Positions 31,243-43,787 of a stretch of DNA of 64,000 nucleotides are shown here, one piece after another (position 1 is the first letter of the stretch; each line of letters opens with the position of its first letter). The stretch covers positions 12,689,723 to 12,753,722 of the forward strand of contig CM119263.1 of the NCBI GenBank assembly GCA_051294375.1, read 5' to 3'. Below the pieces are notes generated by a model. It was not told where the DNA came from. It saw only the letters and a program-made list of their open reading frames with translations, and made no database searches. A program made the translations under genes and the position numbers. Source of the stretch: Paraspadella gotoi. Lineage: Eukaryota > Animalia > Chaetognatha.

Positions 31243-34200
31243 ACTGACCCATGACCCGTGCACAGCTGACGAACGGCGGCACGGTGCAACCTGACGGCAG
31301 GATGCAACGGCGGCGAGAATTCTCGGCTCCTCCGACGAATTAAAGATTTCAAGACGGAAGGAGAGGAGAACGAGGAGACCAATCCTCGAGAAGAGTCTTT
31401 GCGAAGGTCAGTCTAATTATATATATAGTAATATTTGACTCATTAAATCATTAGTGTAAATCCTTTCTCTTTTGTTGTGGTTGTGGTTTGAAGAGACAAT
31501 CGGTTTAGCAAACAAAATTCTTTTTCTTATATTGGTTATTATTCGAGGCCCTTCCATGAGCGTCAAAGTTTTTGTGAATTACTCTACAAATTTCTACAAA
31601 AGAGGAGAAGGGAAGAGAGAGAGAGAGAGAAAAATTGTGTTGCCAATAAACCATTTCGTCTCTTTAAAACTCATATAAATAATGAATTAAGAGAAAAATT
31701 GGAGAACGATCTGAAAAACAAATTTTTGCATTATTTTAAATAATTTTTTATTTTCATCAAGAAAATATCGGTTGGTGACGAAAATGAAGCGACGGAAAGT
31801 GAGAAAGATCGAGAAGGCGGAAGCGAAGAATCATCGAAAACAAGGATTCAGATTTCGGGTCAGTATTGATCAAAGGCTCTTAACTTACTTAGTGAGTTAC
31901 TGCTGTTTGAGAATTTATAGATTTCCATATGCTAATTCGAATGAATTGTCATCATTTCAATTCCAGACCCGCCAAACGGACCAAGATTTATGGAAAATTC
32001 TGGCTCGAAGTTCCCGTCGCCGCCGCCGCTGCGGCGTCCTACTCTGCGCGGGCGCTTCGTGGAGCTATTCTAACCCTATGGGCGGCGACTAATCGTCAAG
32101 TCCATACACCGCTTAATCGGGGATTCAAGGTCTGGCGTCGCCGCTCAACCTGGGAAAGTTCAATGCGCAGCATTGCATGCTCTCAGGTGACTCTTTCTTT
32201 ATCTTATCTCATCTCTTTACGACCGAGTCTCTCATCAAATGTTTTGGTTGGATAAGGGAGAAATATGGCCAAATAAACAGAACTATTGGTACTGTTTCAA
32301 GAGCTTTCCAATTTCCAGAAGTTTTTTTTCAAAAGTCTGAAAATTTTATCATTCTATTAAAGCCATCGCTCAACCGCTGCCGTATGCTGCCTGCGGCGGC
32401 CTTTTAATACAATCCATTCGTTCGGGTCGGTCTCGGGGCGTTCGGCGCGTACGCGCCAAGCCGCCTCACGCACAATGGAAGCATTCGGGTGCTGTTTAAC
32501 ATCGACCCATAAGACAGGAATCCTCGAGGTGAATGTCTGGAGTTTCGAAATCGTCAAGGATATATAGATACTATAATATAATATTTTTAAAAAAAGATAA
32601 AATATGATTAATTCTTTGTACATTGTATTTCTACGAACAGGATTGGAGAAGGCATCTCACCCGCCTTTTATTCTCCAGAAACGTTCCCAGCCTCACCGGG
32701 CAAGACGTCAACGGAATCCGCTGGAGCTCAGGTGCCAGACTGGTCCCTGGAAGAATCGTTCTCCATCCCAGCTAATCGCCCATCAGCCCGCGCGGCATGT
32801 TGTCACCCACTTCAAAGACCAAGACTGTAGCCCGTGGGTCAGTTCAACATCCGCAGCTCATTGTATTAATCCATGTTGAATGCGAAAAATTTACATTTCA
32901 CTGACATGTTTTTGCATTTTATACTTTTTTGAAGTAATCAATTTGGCTTTTAAAAATATTTTTATGCCTGATTGCAAACATCTATTGCTGCAAAAATTTA
33001 ATTTAGGCATTACATTATTCATTAAATTAATTACATATATCGCGCTTTAGCTGGAGTATGACGGTTTCTTGACATTAACATTTACTAACATCTCTATCTC
33101 TCTTTAACTATAACGATTTTCGTCTCAAAAAAGGCGCAAGAATGACGCACCTCCCCCAACGCGGCGGCTCAGGCGGTTTTGCAGCAAACCTGCAATATCG
33201 ACGGCGCAGGCCCGCCGCCGCAGCTGCGGGGCCGCCGCCGCTGCCTGCCGATCGTTTTTCCCCTCTTGCAATGGAACGCCATCTTCGTCCATCTCGCGCC
33301 TCGCCATTATTGTCGTCCACTGCACCAAGGTCGACGCCGCAGGGCCACGCCCATTCTGGCCGACCGCGCGATGATACCAACTGGTAAATACATAGGATTA
33401 TGGCAACAGCCGGGTGCCTGTGATGCCATTGGGCATCTCACACTGTTGGCTTTGTGGGGCTTTCGACCCTCAGTGGACGCCTCAGTCAACTGACGGCGGT
33501 TACCTAGGACGGTCTCGCCTTTGCAACGCAAGAGGAAATCGTTTGGACTGTGGATGAAAAACACGGCTGGATTGGTGCGTTACCTCCTTTCGAGACAATG
33601 GTGGAGGATGTGAGGCGGTGTGAACATACCGCCCACAGTATAAGCTTTTTAAAAATTCGAAGCTTCTTTTTTTCATCGAACAATTATCACGATTCAACGT
33701 TCATTGTTCAGGGCTTCCTGACCGCTCACGAGAGTGTCCCCTACCCATCCACACCCCGCCCAAGATCACCCTCTCACCCACGTCGATACACCCAGCTCGA
33801 CCACCATCATCGTATCACCGCGAGGTCAATCTCGTGCAACCCGCCACGCCGTCTTTTCTCGACTCCATCAACGGCGCCAATTTAACGGCGCTGACTTCAA
33901 CGGCGAACCCGCGATGCCGACGGATCTCGGCCAGCCACAGTTCTCCTCATCAGTCAACTTCATCACGCGCACCTTAAACCAAGCATCCTCTTCGGCGAAA
34001 ACGAGTATCAAATCGAGAAAATGCAATTCTGCGGGAGCTTAAAGCACGAACTCGCTGAGGAAACAACGAGAGTATTTGAGTTTGGTATCTCCTCTCTCTC
34101 CTCTCTAGCCTCTCTCTCTCTCTGCTCTCTCATCCTCTCTCTTCTCTATATCTCTCTCTCTCTCGATCTCATCTCTCTTCTCCATCCCGTTTCTTCCCCT

Positions 34201-36507
34201 GATAATCCTACAATGCGCTCAACTCACAGATCCTTTTCCCACGCGGATCATCGGGTCTTCACTGCACTTCCCCAACAGCTTCCGAGTCCATTGACTCCAG
34301 CGAACATTCGCGGAAGCAACACACTCAAGAACACCCTCAGACGCTTTCATGACTTTTCATGAAGGACATGCGCGCTCAAGTGAATTCCGAGCGCTGTCCA
34401 TTGTCGCAAGGCATCAATTTACAGAACTGAATTCGCCCGTTTAATAAATAGATTTCATATTTAAATTACAGGAAATGATTTATTTGTCATCTGCAGTGAA
34501 CTGAGGATAATCTTATTTTAGAAAATCAATATTCTGTTAATTTTTTTGTCTTCACACTTTGCCAGTTATATCATCTGTTTTGAGTGACGTAAAAACAGGC
34601 TTCTTCGAGAATTACAGTCCCAGTAAACTTTTAGTCCCACCGGCTGCTTTGTTTTAAGATGTCAGCGGAATGCACGGTTGACAAGGAATCGCGGCAATCA
34701 ATCCAAATCCTCGTCGACGTATAGGCACGGCTCGATCGTGTCCGCAACAGGCCAAATATTAACGAAGTGGCGGGGCGTGAACGAGCCTTGCATAATGCAG
34801 GAGATATCCCGGTGAGAACAAAAAATTTAAAGAGCTCTGGACCAAAATATAAATAAATCATTAAGATATAAGTAAGATAATATAATAATAAAAAATATTA
34901 AATATTAAAGTTAATGTATTCTTATACTACAGACACCCACTTTTCTCTTCCAATCGCTTATCTCTCTTCTCATTTGTAACCTTGCTTGACATGCCATAGC
35001 CAGGATGGAGCCCCGAGACAACTAATGCCATGTCCTCCAAGCGCAAAAAGCGGCGCCAAACGAATTGCTTAACGCGCGCCGTCCGGAGCGACAAGCCCGG
35101 CCGGGGGATCTAAGAATTGAGAACGACGCAGCCGAAAAAGCACGGTCCCGCAGCCAAACTTCATCACACGGCAACGAGGTAGCAGATTGCGGACGAAAGC
35201 TCCTCGTCGCGACCTCTGCAAGGGTTTTCGCGCAACGGCTTTCGGAACAAATAATCTAATCTCAGCAACTCACGCGAGAACTTAACGCATGCCACAACAA
35301 CAACAACTTCAGAGCCTCAGCCCCTTCACTTATCAACCGACACCGAATCAAACCGGCATCCCCCAACGAAAGCCTCTCAACAACCGGAAGGCCTGCTAAC
35401 ATCAAAGTCATCGGACGCGCATGCGATACCGAAGGAGAATTGGAATCGATCCCACCGGACCGACTCGCGGCGCCCGCCACCATCTCTTCAGCTCGAGCAC
35501 AACGCGGGACGTCGTCTATGGACTCCAAAACGAATTTTACATGCACACCACGCAACATCGTCATCAGCATCTGTCGCAACGACAGCTAAGAAACAACAAC
35601 TTCCGCAGTAAGTTTCCGGATCTGCGAGAAGCAAATTCTTGTTCAGGCCATGGAGACGGAATGCGAGAGGAAAAGGCGAGTGTCCTCCGACCAGGGGCTG
35701 GGAGGCGGAGCAATGGAAGAGGAGTGAAGCACGATGCCATCTACTGCTTCCTTTTTAGTTTCGCTTTAAAATAAAATTTGTTTATTATTTGGAATACAGG
35801 TATCACTACGGTCTCTATAACACAAATAACTTGAATACGGTTATAACTGTTGGATCCAAAAGATGAAATTAAGAAATAAATTAAAAATATAAATTGAAGA
35901 ATCGTTTTTAAAAGATTCGCCTAATGTACAAAAGAGTTACAATTGGCTATAATATTTTTTTTTTCACATATCTTAATTGTTATAGATCAATTTCTTGACA
36001 AAATAGTCCCTGTTTTTCTCAATCTAACTCGGGGTTACTTTCTTTCTTTTTTTCCTGTTTCTCGCAAAAAACCGGAGAAAGCTCTTGATCCTCTCGATCC
36101 GGCCTTTTAAATCTCTCTTCTCCTACTATCTTGGAAAAAAGCTAAAAGTATCTCTCTCCTCTTCTTCTCTTCAGCCTCGTTTCTCGTTCCCCGTCTCCGC
36201 CGTTAAGAAGACGCGACGGAGCCCTGAGAACTCGCCAACACAACCTGGAACGACGATGACGAACGAACGAGGGCGACCGACGAAAGCGCGAGCGGAGAGA
36301 GGCGCGGGATAGGCTGGAGACGCGTCGCCGCTGGCGTCACTTCGATCCGTATAACCTGATACGTCGATGACAAAACGACGACGGTGGCGACCGACGACCC
36401 GAGAACGACGAGCGCGACGGCCTTTGCCGACGAATTTCAAAAACCGGAAGTTGGAGCGGAGGGCGCTGACGTCTTCGTCGACTTGACTCGCGTTGATGTG
36501 AGAATAA
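31243..36507 (+). other. TCF: Frameshift-riddled second copy of TCF (probably an uncorrected long read, not a true pseudogene)
   Basis: All exons are recognisable by nucleotide similarity to 6185-11249, but no reading frame is intact. Confidence 0.85.
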
Positions 36508-37741
36508 TCGTTGAATCTCTTCGAGCTGAAAAAAAAAACCGCAAAAAAACAAAACAAAAACCAGTCAAAACAACAAAGTAGTCGACTAATTCCAGATAAT
36601 AACATTCACTCCAAATTTAAATTGAATGATCCTGAAATTTTATATAATTTTTAATTTATTACTTGTTCATTATGTAATTGGTCAATCGTAAAAGCAATCG
36701 AATAAAAAAATATTTAAAAAAATATTTTTTTATTAATATTTGAGATTACTTGTTAGGGTGTTTAACAATTTAACTTAAGTAGAAATATGCTAGCTCAGAA
36801 TTCCCATTCTTAAATTGTATAAAAAGATCGTGTTACACTACTAACTGTAGTAACTGAATCGCGGTTGAAGAAAGATTATTCATTTTTATACGTCTTTAAA
36901 TTGTAATTTAAAGTAAATAATTCAAACAATAAATTTACCAAAACTTTCGATCTATTCAGTTTGCAGTAAATTTGGGTCTTGGCTTTAGAATAAAAATCTT
37001 CATGAATTTTGGCTTTGAAAAATTTGCCAACTATACAGATCGAAATGACCTATAATGCTATAAAATATAATTATAAAGCAACTCGATTTAATTTTACCGA
37101 TAACAAAAATTTTTAGATACAAAAGCTACTAAGACGTAAGTCTAAAATCTTCTGTAGAGCTTCATCAAAAAAGAAAAACGAATTAAAATTAAAATCGTTT
37201 CTAGTATCAACACTTCTTTATTTAAAATAAAGTCTGTTTATGAATAAAAGCCATTTTTTTTTTTTTATTTGAGCAATATATTTTCGGTAACATCATTTAA
37301 TCATGTTATATTGGCGAAGTAAACGCGAGAATAAAAACCAAAAAATGCCAAGAATATTTTACTTTTTTTACTTTTTTTGTGACTGTTCTTCTCGCATTTA
37401 CTTCGCAATGACTATGGTTAAGCGATGTTAACGAAATATATTCTCACAAAAATAATAGTGCGTTTCCTCATAAAAACAATGATAACAACGCCGACTATGT
37501 AAGCTCATACCCGCATAATCACGATGACTCTCAAGCAAAATAAAAAACTGGTTACTGATAATCTCTTTTACAAAAAAAAAAAGAAATTCTGTTTTGCTCT
37601 CCTTACAAAAACTCTCTTCAGTTCCCTACAGGGTTCATGAGATTCACAACGGTCCCGATTTCTATCACAATTTCTCAATTTTCTAAGACCATAATTCATA
37701 ATTCAAATTCCACACAATCCAGTACATTTCGTGTCCACACA

Positions 37742-40700
37742 CTACATTTTCCTCCTCTTGCGAAAAGTAGCAAGATCACGGAAACACAATGGCGGTCTGC
37801 CCGCCACGGAAGTCTCGACACGGACAGGAAGGTCTCCCTCACTGTCGCGGGTGGTTTAGCGTCGCAGGAAAAGAGTAGTTTTGTTCTTTGAAAGACGCAG
37901 GTGCTCGTGCCATTGTCCCATGGAGGGGTGGTGGGGTCCGTCTCTATTAGCGTCCTTAATGACAGGCGGCTGCTCGACCCTGGAAACCGGAAGACTGTTG
38001 AGGTCGGGGAAAAAGTCGGCCCGCATAGTCTGCCTTTGAGCGCAGAATGCATCGCATCCTTGGCCAACTCGCAGAGGGGAAGGTCAAGAACCAGGGCGGA
38101 ACTTGGGCGGCCACCGACGACGGGTCCGGCCGACAGCGCGTCCTCGGGAACAGAAACCTGTTCTCCGTCAGGATGACCACCCGTCGAGTGGTGCCCTGTG
38201 ACAGCCGGAGAATGAAGCAGAAAGCAGGGATGAAAAAGTTATGGTGGTCAATAAAATTTTAAAACAAAATTGCATTATTCTATCACCTTCTATCGTGAAT
38301 TCGAAAGGAAGGTGGGAGAACGCTGCAAGGCGTTGACAGAATCACTTCGCAGTCACCAACACGACCCTTCGACGTCGAAAAAGGCCGCGTGTGAGGATTG
38401 AGGAGGAAACCAACGAAATCTTCCAGTAGGAATGTTGGGAGGTGAGAAACGACCGCGGCGTTACCGCGGAAAAAGGCTAGATGACAAGGGGATACGGGGG
38501 AAGAAGAGTTGAGAGATATAAGTTTAGTACGTATAAACGAATTTCGTCAAACTTTTTTTTAAACACGAAAATACTTCATTCCATCGTTTATCATTTGTTT
38601 GGTATGTATATGAAATAACCTGTCTTTCCCCCTTCCGTGCGGCGGATCAACTTGGGATTCACAAAGACGGCGCAGTTGCGATGGCCTCCAAATGGTGGCA
38701 GGTCCCTCGTAAGGAAACCGAGGCCCAGAAAGAATCTGCAACGCCGCTTGCAGGCGCTGAAACCCCGGCGCCAATCAGAGCAGCCCGTGATTGATGATCG
38801 AAATCGGGCAACGGATTAGCGTGTTTCGCCGACGCATCGGCACTGTGCCGTGAACTTCGAAATCCAGCGTCGTGGAGTCGGCCGCAACAGACGCAGAGTG
38901 TCCCACCACATGTGAGCTCTGTTTCGATAACACGAGCACAGCGCTTCGAAATATTCAGACATGGCGAGGGAAAAAGGCTGTAGACAGCTTCCGATGGTAG
39001 ACGACAAAGACGGAGGATCCTCGACGAACGAAGAACCCAGATAAGTATTGTCGGGTGTATGAAGGAAACATGGTGTAAACTGACGCCAAGTGCAGATCAC
39101 GATGTTTACCCCAGATGAGGCGTATCCTTCAACAAAAGAAAATACTTTAGAGCTCAAACACTGAGCGTGTACAATGAACAACTTACAATTGAAAAGCCAC
39201 TTACACTTTTTGGGTTCGTAGCCCACGCCTTCGAATTGAAGGGAGCCTAGCGTGCCGAACCAGCTTCGACAAACTCGGAATGCGGCAGGAGAGTCTGTTG
39301 AAGGGGCTGTGACCTCCAAAAGAATTTCGGAATCTTTCAAGCCGTGATTCGGTGAAATAGAAGATCCAGACGATCCTGGGCCGCAGAAGGTTGTTTCATT
39401 GGGACAACCCACTTTGTGCTATGGCGGAGATGCAGTAAGTACACCGAGATCATTAGAGTCTGTATAGAAGATGGAAGTAGTAAGGGAATTTTAATACTTA
39501 GAAATTATTTAATGGGTGTTATAAGTGGAATATACAAAAAATAATTCATTATTTATTAAAACTTTATGACGCTCTTCGAACAGAAGCAAAAAACTACCAA
39601 TCAAGTAACCACCTGTTTTATATTATCCTTTTTGGTTGCGAAGAATGACATCATGTCCGCGACATGCAACGGACGCTATACACATCGCTCCATCTGAAAC
39701 GAACTCCCCTAAAGGTCCGCCCTTGCCGACCAAACTTGCCTCCAAATCATTCGGGCCCAGAAACCATAAACCTACGGTGAAAAAGTAATAATATATTTGG
39801 AAATTTTTAAAATTGAACATTGTTTAATTAAGTATGGTATAGCTTAGCTATTCCCAGAATATAACACCATAGTTGAAAAAATTTAGCAATTTTTCCAAAA
39901 TTATAAAAGAAATGAAAGCCAAAGATAATTTTTTCAGCCTGTTTACAAATTCATTTAACGACTACAGCCTTAAAAAAAAAAAAAAACAAAAGAACCGCAG
40001 AAGTTCGTGAGAAAATGCTAACGCTTTGACCTCAACCAATCAACCAACGATCAACAACGATCGATAGTCAACTTCCTCCTAATTTTCATAAGCGAGTGCT
40101 TCGCGTGAGTCGTTCCAACGCCGCCGTCCTTGAGGCCACAGCCGCTTCAGCCCTCGCCAAGCAAGAAAGTCGAGAGACCTTCGGACAGGCCGCTGCCGCA
40201 TAAGGCCTCTTAAAGAGTCCAGAACGTGGCGTTGAATCTCGCCGGAAGCCTTCGAACAGTCTTGACTTCCCAAAGCTTGGGGGCCTTGGCAAAGGACCAA
40301 CGGACGAGAAGAGCGATCTTTCAAGTTAGACTTATGAAGACGTCGGTGCCGGTTGGTTTCTCGGCGAGCGTCTCTTAAATGGAGCGCACCGGAGAAGAAT
40401 AACGGAATGGGAGGATTGAAAAAAAGAAAGTGGAGACAAAAATGAAGAAGAAATATTTTTTCAGAAAAAAGAAATTTGGTTAAAAGATTAAATTATAATC
40501 TTTTTTTTCTTACCATTTTCGATATATGCGAGGTAGAGTTTGTGGAGGCAGGGGTTATCCGTCGAGGCCGTATTCGCGTAGCGGTCCGATTTCAAAAAGC
40601 CTGCCCATTTGGACTTAACTTCGCAGGCTGTCCACGCAGAGTCCTTGGTCCGTATTCGGCGGGTGCCGCTGGAGCAGTGAGAGCGTTGGCGGCGTTTTCT

Positions 40701-41022
40701 AACCGCCTGTCCCCCTTGACTGCCAGTTCCCGGAAAGTGAGGGATAAGACGTCCCATGCCGTTGCGATGGAAGTCAGCGAAAAGTGTCAATACTCGTCTC
40801 CCATGGAAAACCAAAAATCTGCTTCAACTGCATGCCCGTGTCCTTCACTAATACGGAGGTTCATTTTCTCGACGGTCCGTTTGCCCGCCCAGAATGCTGG
40901 AGTTTAGTGATCCCGGCGAGAGACAAAGCGAAGCACAAAGTGTGGAGCAGCAAAAAGGCGACGGCGAAGGGCCGATCAGAACGGGAATCACGCACTGTCA
41001 GTTCGAGACAAAGCGTCGCAAT
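37742..41022 (-). other. MGAT5: Frameshift-riddled second copy of MGAT5 with an empty (LINE-free) intron 5
   Basis: Fragments LLFSCDAKPPATVR, FPYEGPA, HTPDN, LVGKGGPLGEFV and WTACEVKSKW. Intron 5 is only about 140 bp (about 38478-38619). Confidence 0.85.
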
Positions 41023-43192
41023 TTCGGAAACGCCTCGGTGCTCCTCTTTGAGATTCAGAGAACTCCTCCCCTACGATTCATAGTTCCCCGTTTTTTCCCG
41101 CATGTTGAAGAGATGCCGTCCAATCTGATTGAAATAGATAAGAGATAATGATTTTTTTTGAGAGAAATTACTTGATAGGCAACCAAAGAATTTACTTTCG
41201 TAATGCCATCCAACAAATTATCTCAAGACAGTGAGGCTGATTGAGCCTCGGACAGTTGACCAGAATTCAGGATAACGGTAGGGCGGAATACCCTATTTTA
41301 GGTTACCGAATTCAAAAATACAGAGTTCGAGATTTGAAGAATTATACATTCCGGCACGAACTTTCAACTTGGAAAACTGTTTCTTTCTGTTAGAAATACC
41401 GGTTTCAAAAATGCAATGGTTCAGTCTGTAAAACATGAATTAATTTACAAAGCGAAAAAGAGTGAAAATAAGTGACAATTGCTATGAAAATAGAAATCTC
41501 AATTAATGAATGAATCAGGATATGACCTCCATAAGAAGAAAGTTATTCCTAATAAATAGGCTCATAATTTAATGCAAGAATGTCATTCTCTTGTTCTTAA
41601 CAATTTAAAATCTCGTAATTTTTTAGCAAAATGTTTAATGACTTAAACCATTTATTTTAAAAAAAAATCGTTGAACCAGTCATTCAAGTCTGTCTAAACC
41701 GGTTTTTTTCTTCTTCTATTGGTGTTGCAAGCCTCGTAACTTCAAAACGGGTCTCAAGCGACCCATTCAATCAGCTCAAAGTTCACTTCATACAAGTCAT
41801 AGCCTTAGAATCTTTTCAAATCTTTCTGAAATAATGCGAATTTAAACTCTTAAAAGTCACACGTTTAACTGCTACTATGTAGCTAGAATAACAATCCACA
41901 CATGTTTTTTTTTTCATATCAACAAGGTGAAAGAATCAATATAATCCCTCCTGACTTAGGTTGCCCCTTTGGAGGCCGAAGAGATAAACAAGACTTCGCA
42001 AACTGAAATTACTCGCGACTTGCTTCTCATGCGGAGTTGATGTATGAAATAAGTTTTCAAAATTGGAATTGACGTGGAATTTGGCAAATCTTTTTGACCA
42101 ATCTTAAAAAAAAAAAAATTTAAACGGGAGAATTTCGAAGTAATTTTAAAGCTCAAGCACGAAAAATTGATATTACCTCTGTACGCCATAATGACTGAGT
42201 ATATCGCGATGAGGTATTGATGTTTGATGTTGCAAGCAAATAAAAGATCTATTGCGTTGAACAGATAACTACATTAGTTAAATTCAACATTGTTGTAAGA
42301 GTTCCAATGCTCCGCGAAAGCAGAAATGTGATTCATGTTTTGAGACGCTCTGGTTTAAAGGTTGCTTTCAATAATTTCGAACATTTAATTCAGAGAAATC
42401 CAATAACAGAAAATAAAAACCATTTTGACATCAAAACTTGTTTACCATTCTGCAACCAAAAGTCTGTCTTATTCCATGTATTTGAAAAAATTCGCAACTT
42501 TTTTCTGGAAATTTTTTGTATGCATTTAAAATCTGTTTAATTTATTCGTTAAGTCATTATGAAAGCTAATTTTTTTATAAACCAGCTTAAAAGTGGATTT
42601 GGTCCAACGTTCAGAGGAACAAACATAAGCCAACTTATGTGTTTATTTTTTTTACTTTTGTATGAATGACAGAGCTTGTGAAGAAAAAAAGAAATAAATA
42701 GAATTTAAAGTCTGGAGACGCCGTTTCAACAAAAGTATAAAAGTCATAACATGGTTTAAAAAATTGACAAAATTTATTTACACCAAAATCATGTCCAAGA
42801 TTTACTATTTTTTTGGCAAACAGATCCTGCGGGCCCTTGAAATCATGCACTGCCAAAAACACACTTGTTTAATTACAAATTATCAGAAAATTTAAGATGA
42901 AAGATAAAAAACAAACTAAAATTCTTTTAAATTGTGTTAATGAAAAAAAAAACTGTAATAAAAAAAAAAGAATTTCTGGGGTGAAAATTTAAAGAAAATT
43001 TAATATAAAGCGATAAAAAAAATCGAGTCAGGACGAAACACGAAATCGAAAGAGATTAATCGTGACAAGAGAATCATTCTATTATGCGAAATCTACGAAT
43101 GACGATCAAACAAAACCAGAAAAAACAGAAACACGAACGGACGAGGAATCGAATTCTGTTCTAAAGTCAGCAGATTTAGCCGTTCCACTGTT

Positions 43193-43345
43193 TCAGTCGT
43201 TGTTGTTGTTATTAGTTGTGCGGTCTCGTTGTTGTTTTCTGCTCGAAAGTTGTCTTCGTCGTTGCGAGAGGGACGTTCGTCGAGCCGAATTGAATGGCAG
43301 TCGCGAGGCGTCCGACAACGTCTCTTAACGAGAGAGGAGGGTGGA

Positions 43346-43430
<85 letters not shown>

Positions 43431-43649
43431 TGTATAAGTATAAAGAGATACAGCATTGGGCACGTCTAATGCCGGCTTATGTAACCTTTTAAATAAATAC
43501 AGAATACTGGCAAAAAACTTTAATAACAATAAAAACGCCTTAAAAAAGTTAGGACAATCGCACCAAAAAATTGTAAATAGCATTGTTTTGATTACTTGTC
43601 TAATCGTGGAAAATGTGCATGGAGATTTTTGTATGTTCGAAGAGAGAGT

Positions 43650-43737
<88 letters not shown>

Positions 43738-43755
43738 GAAAGAGAGAGAGAGAAT

Positions 43756-43787
<32 letters not shown>

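Larger units (their letters stand above)
25563..43329 (+). repeat. Direct, indel-rich duplicate of about 766-20369, lacking the LINE insertion
   Basis: Colinear match from caccctctctccg (about 766) to ccgacaacgtc..ttaac (about 20369), with frequent 1-2 bp indels evenly through exons and introns. Confidence 0.95.

Noticed and set aside
31243-41022. Genuine TCF and MGAT5 pseudogene paralogs
   Set aside because: The indel-dominated, uniform error pattern and adjacent 25-N gaps point to raw long-read sequence rather than evolutionary decay.
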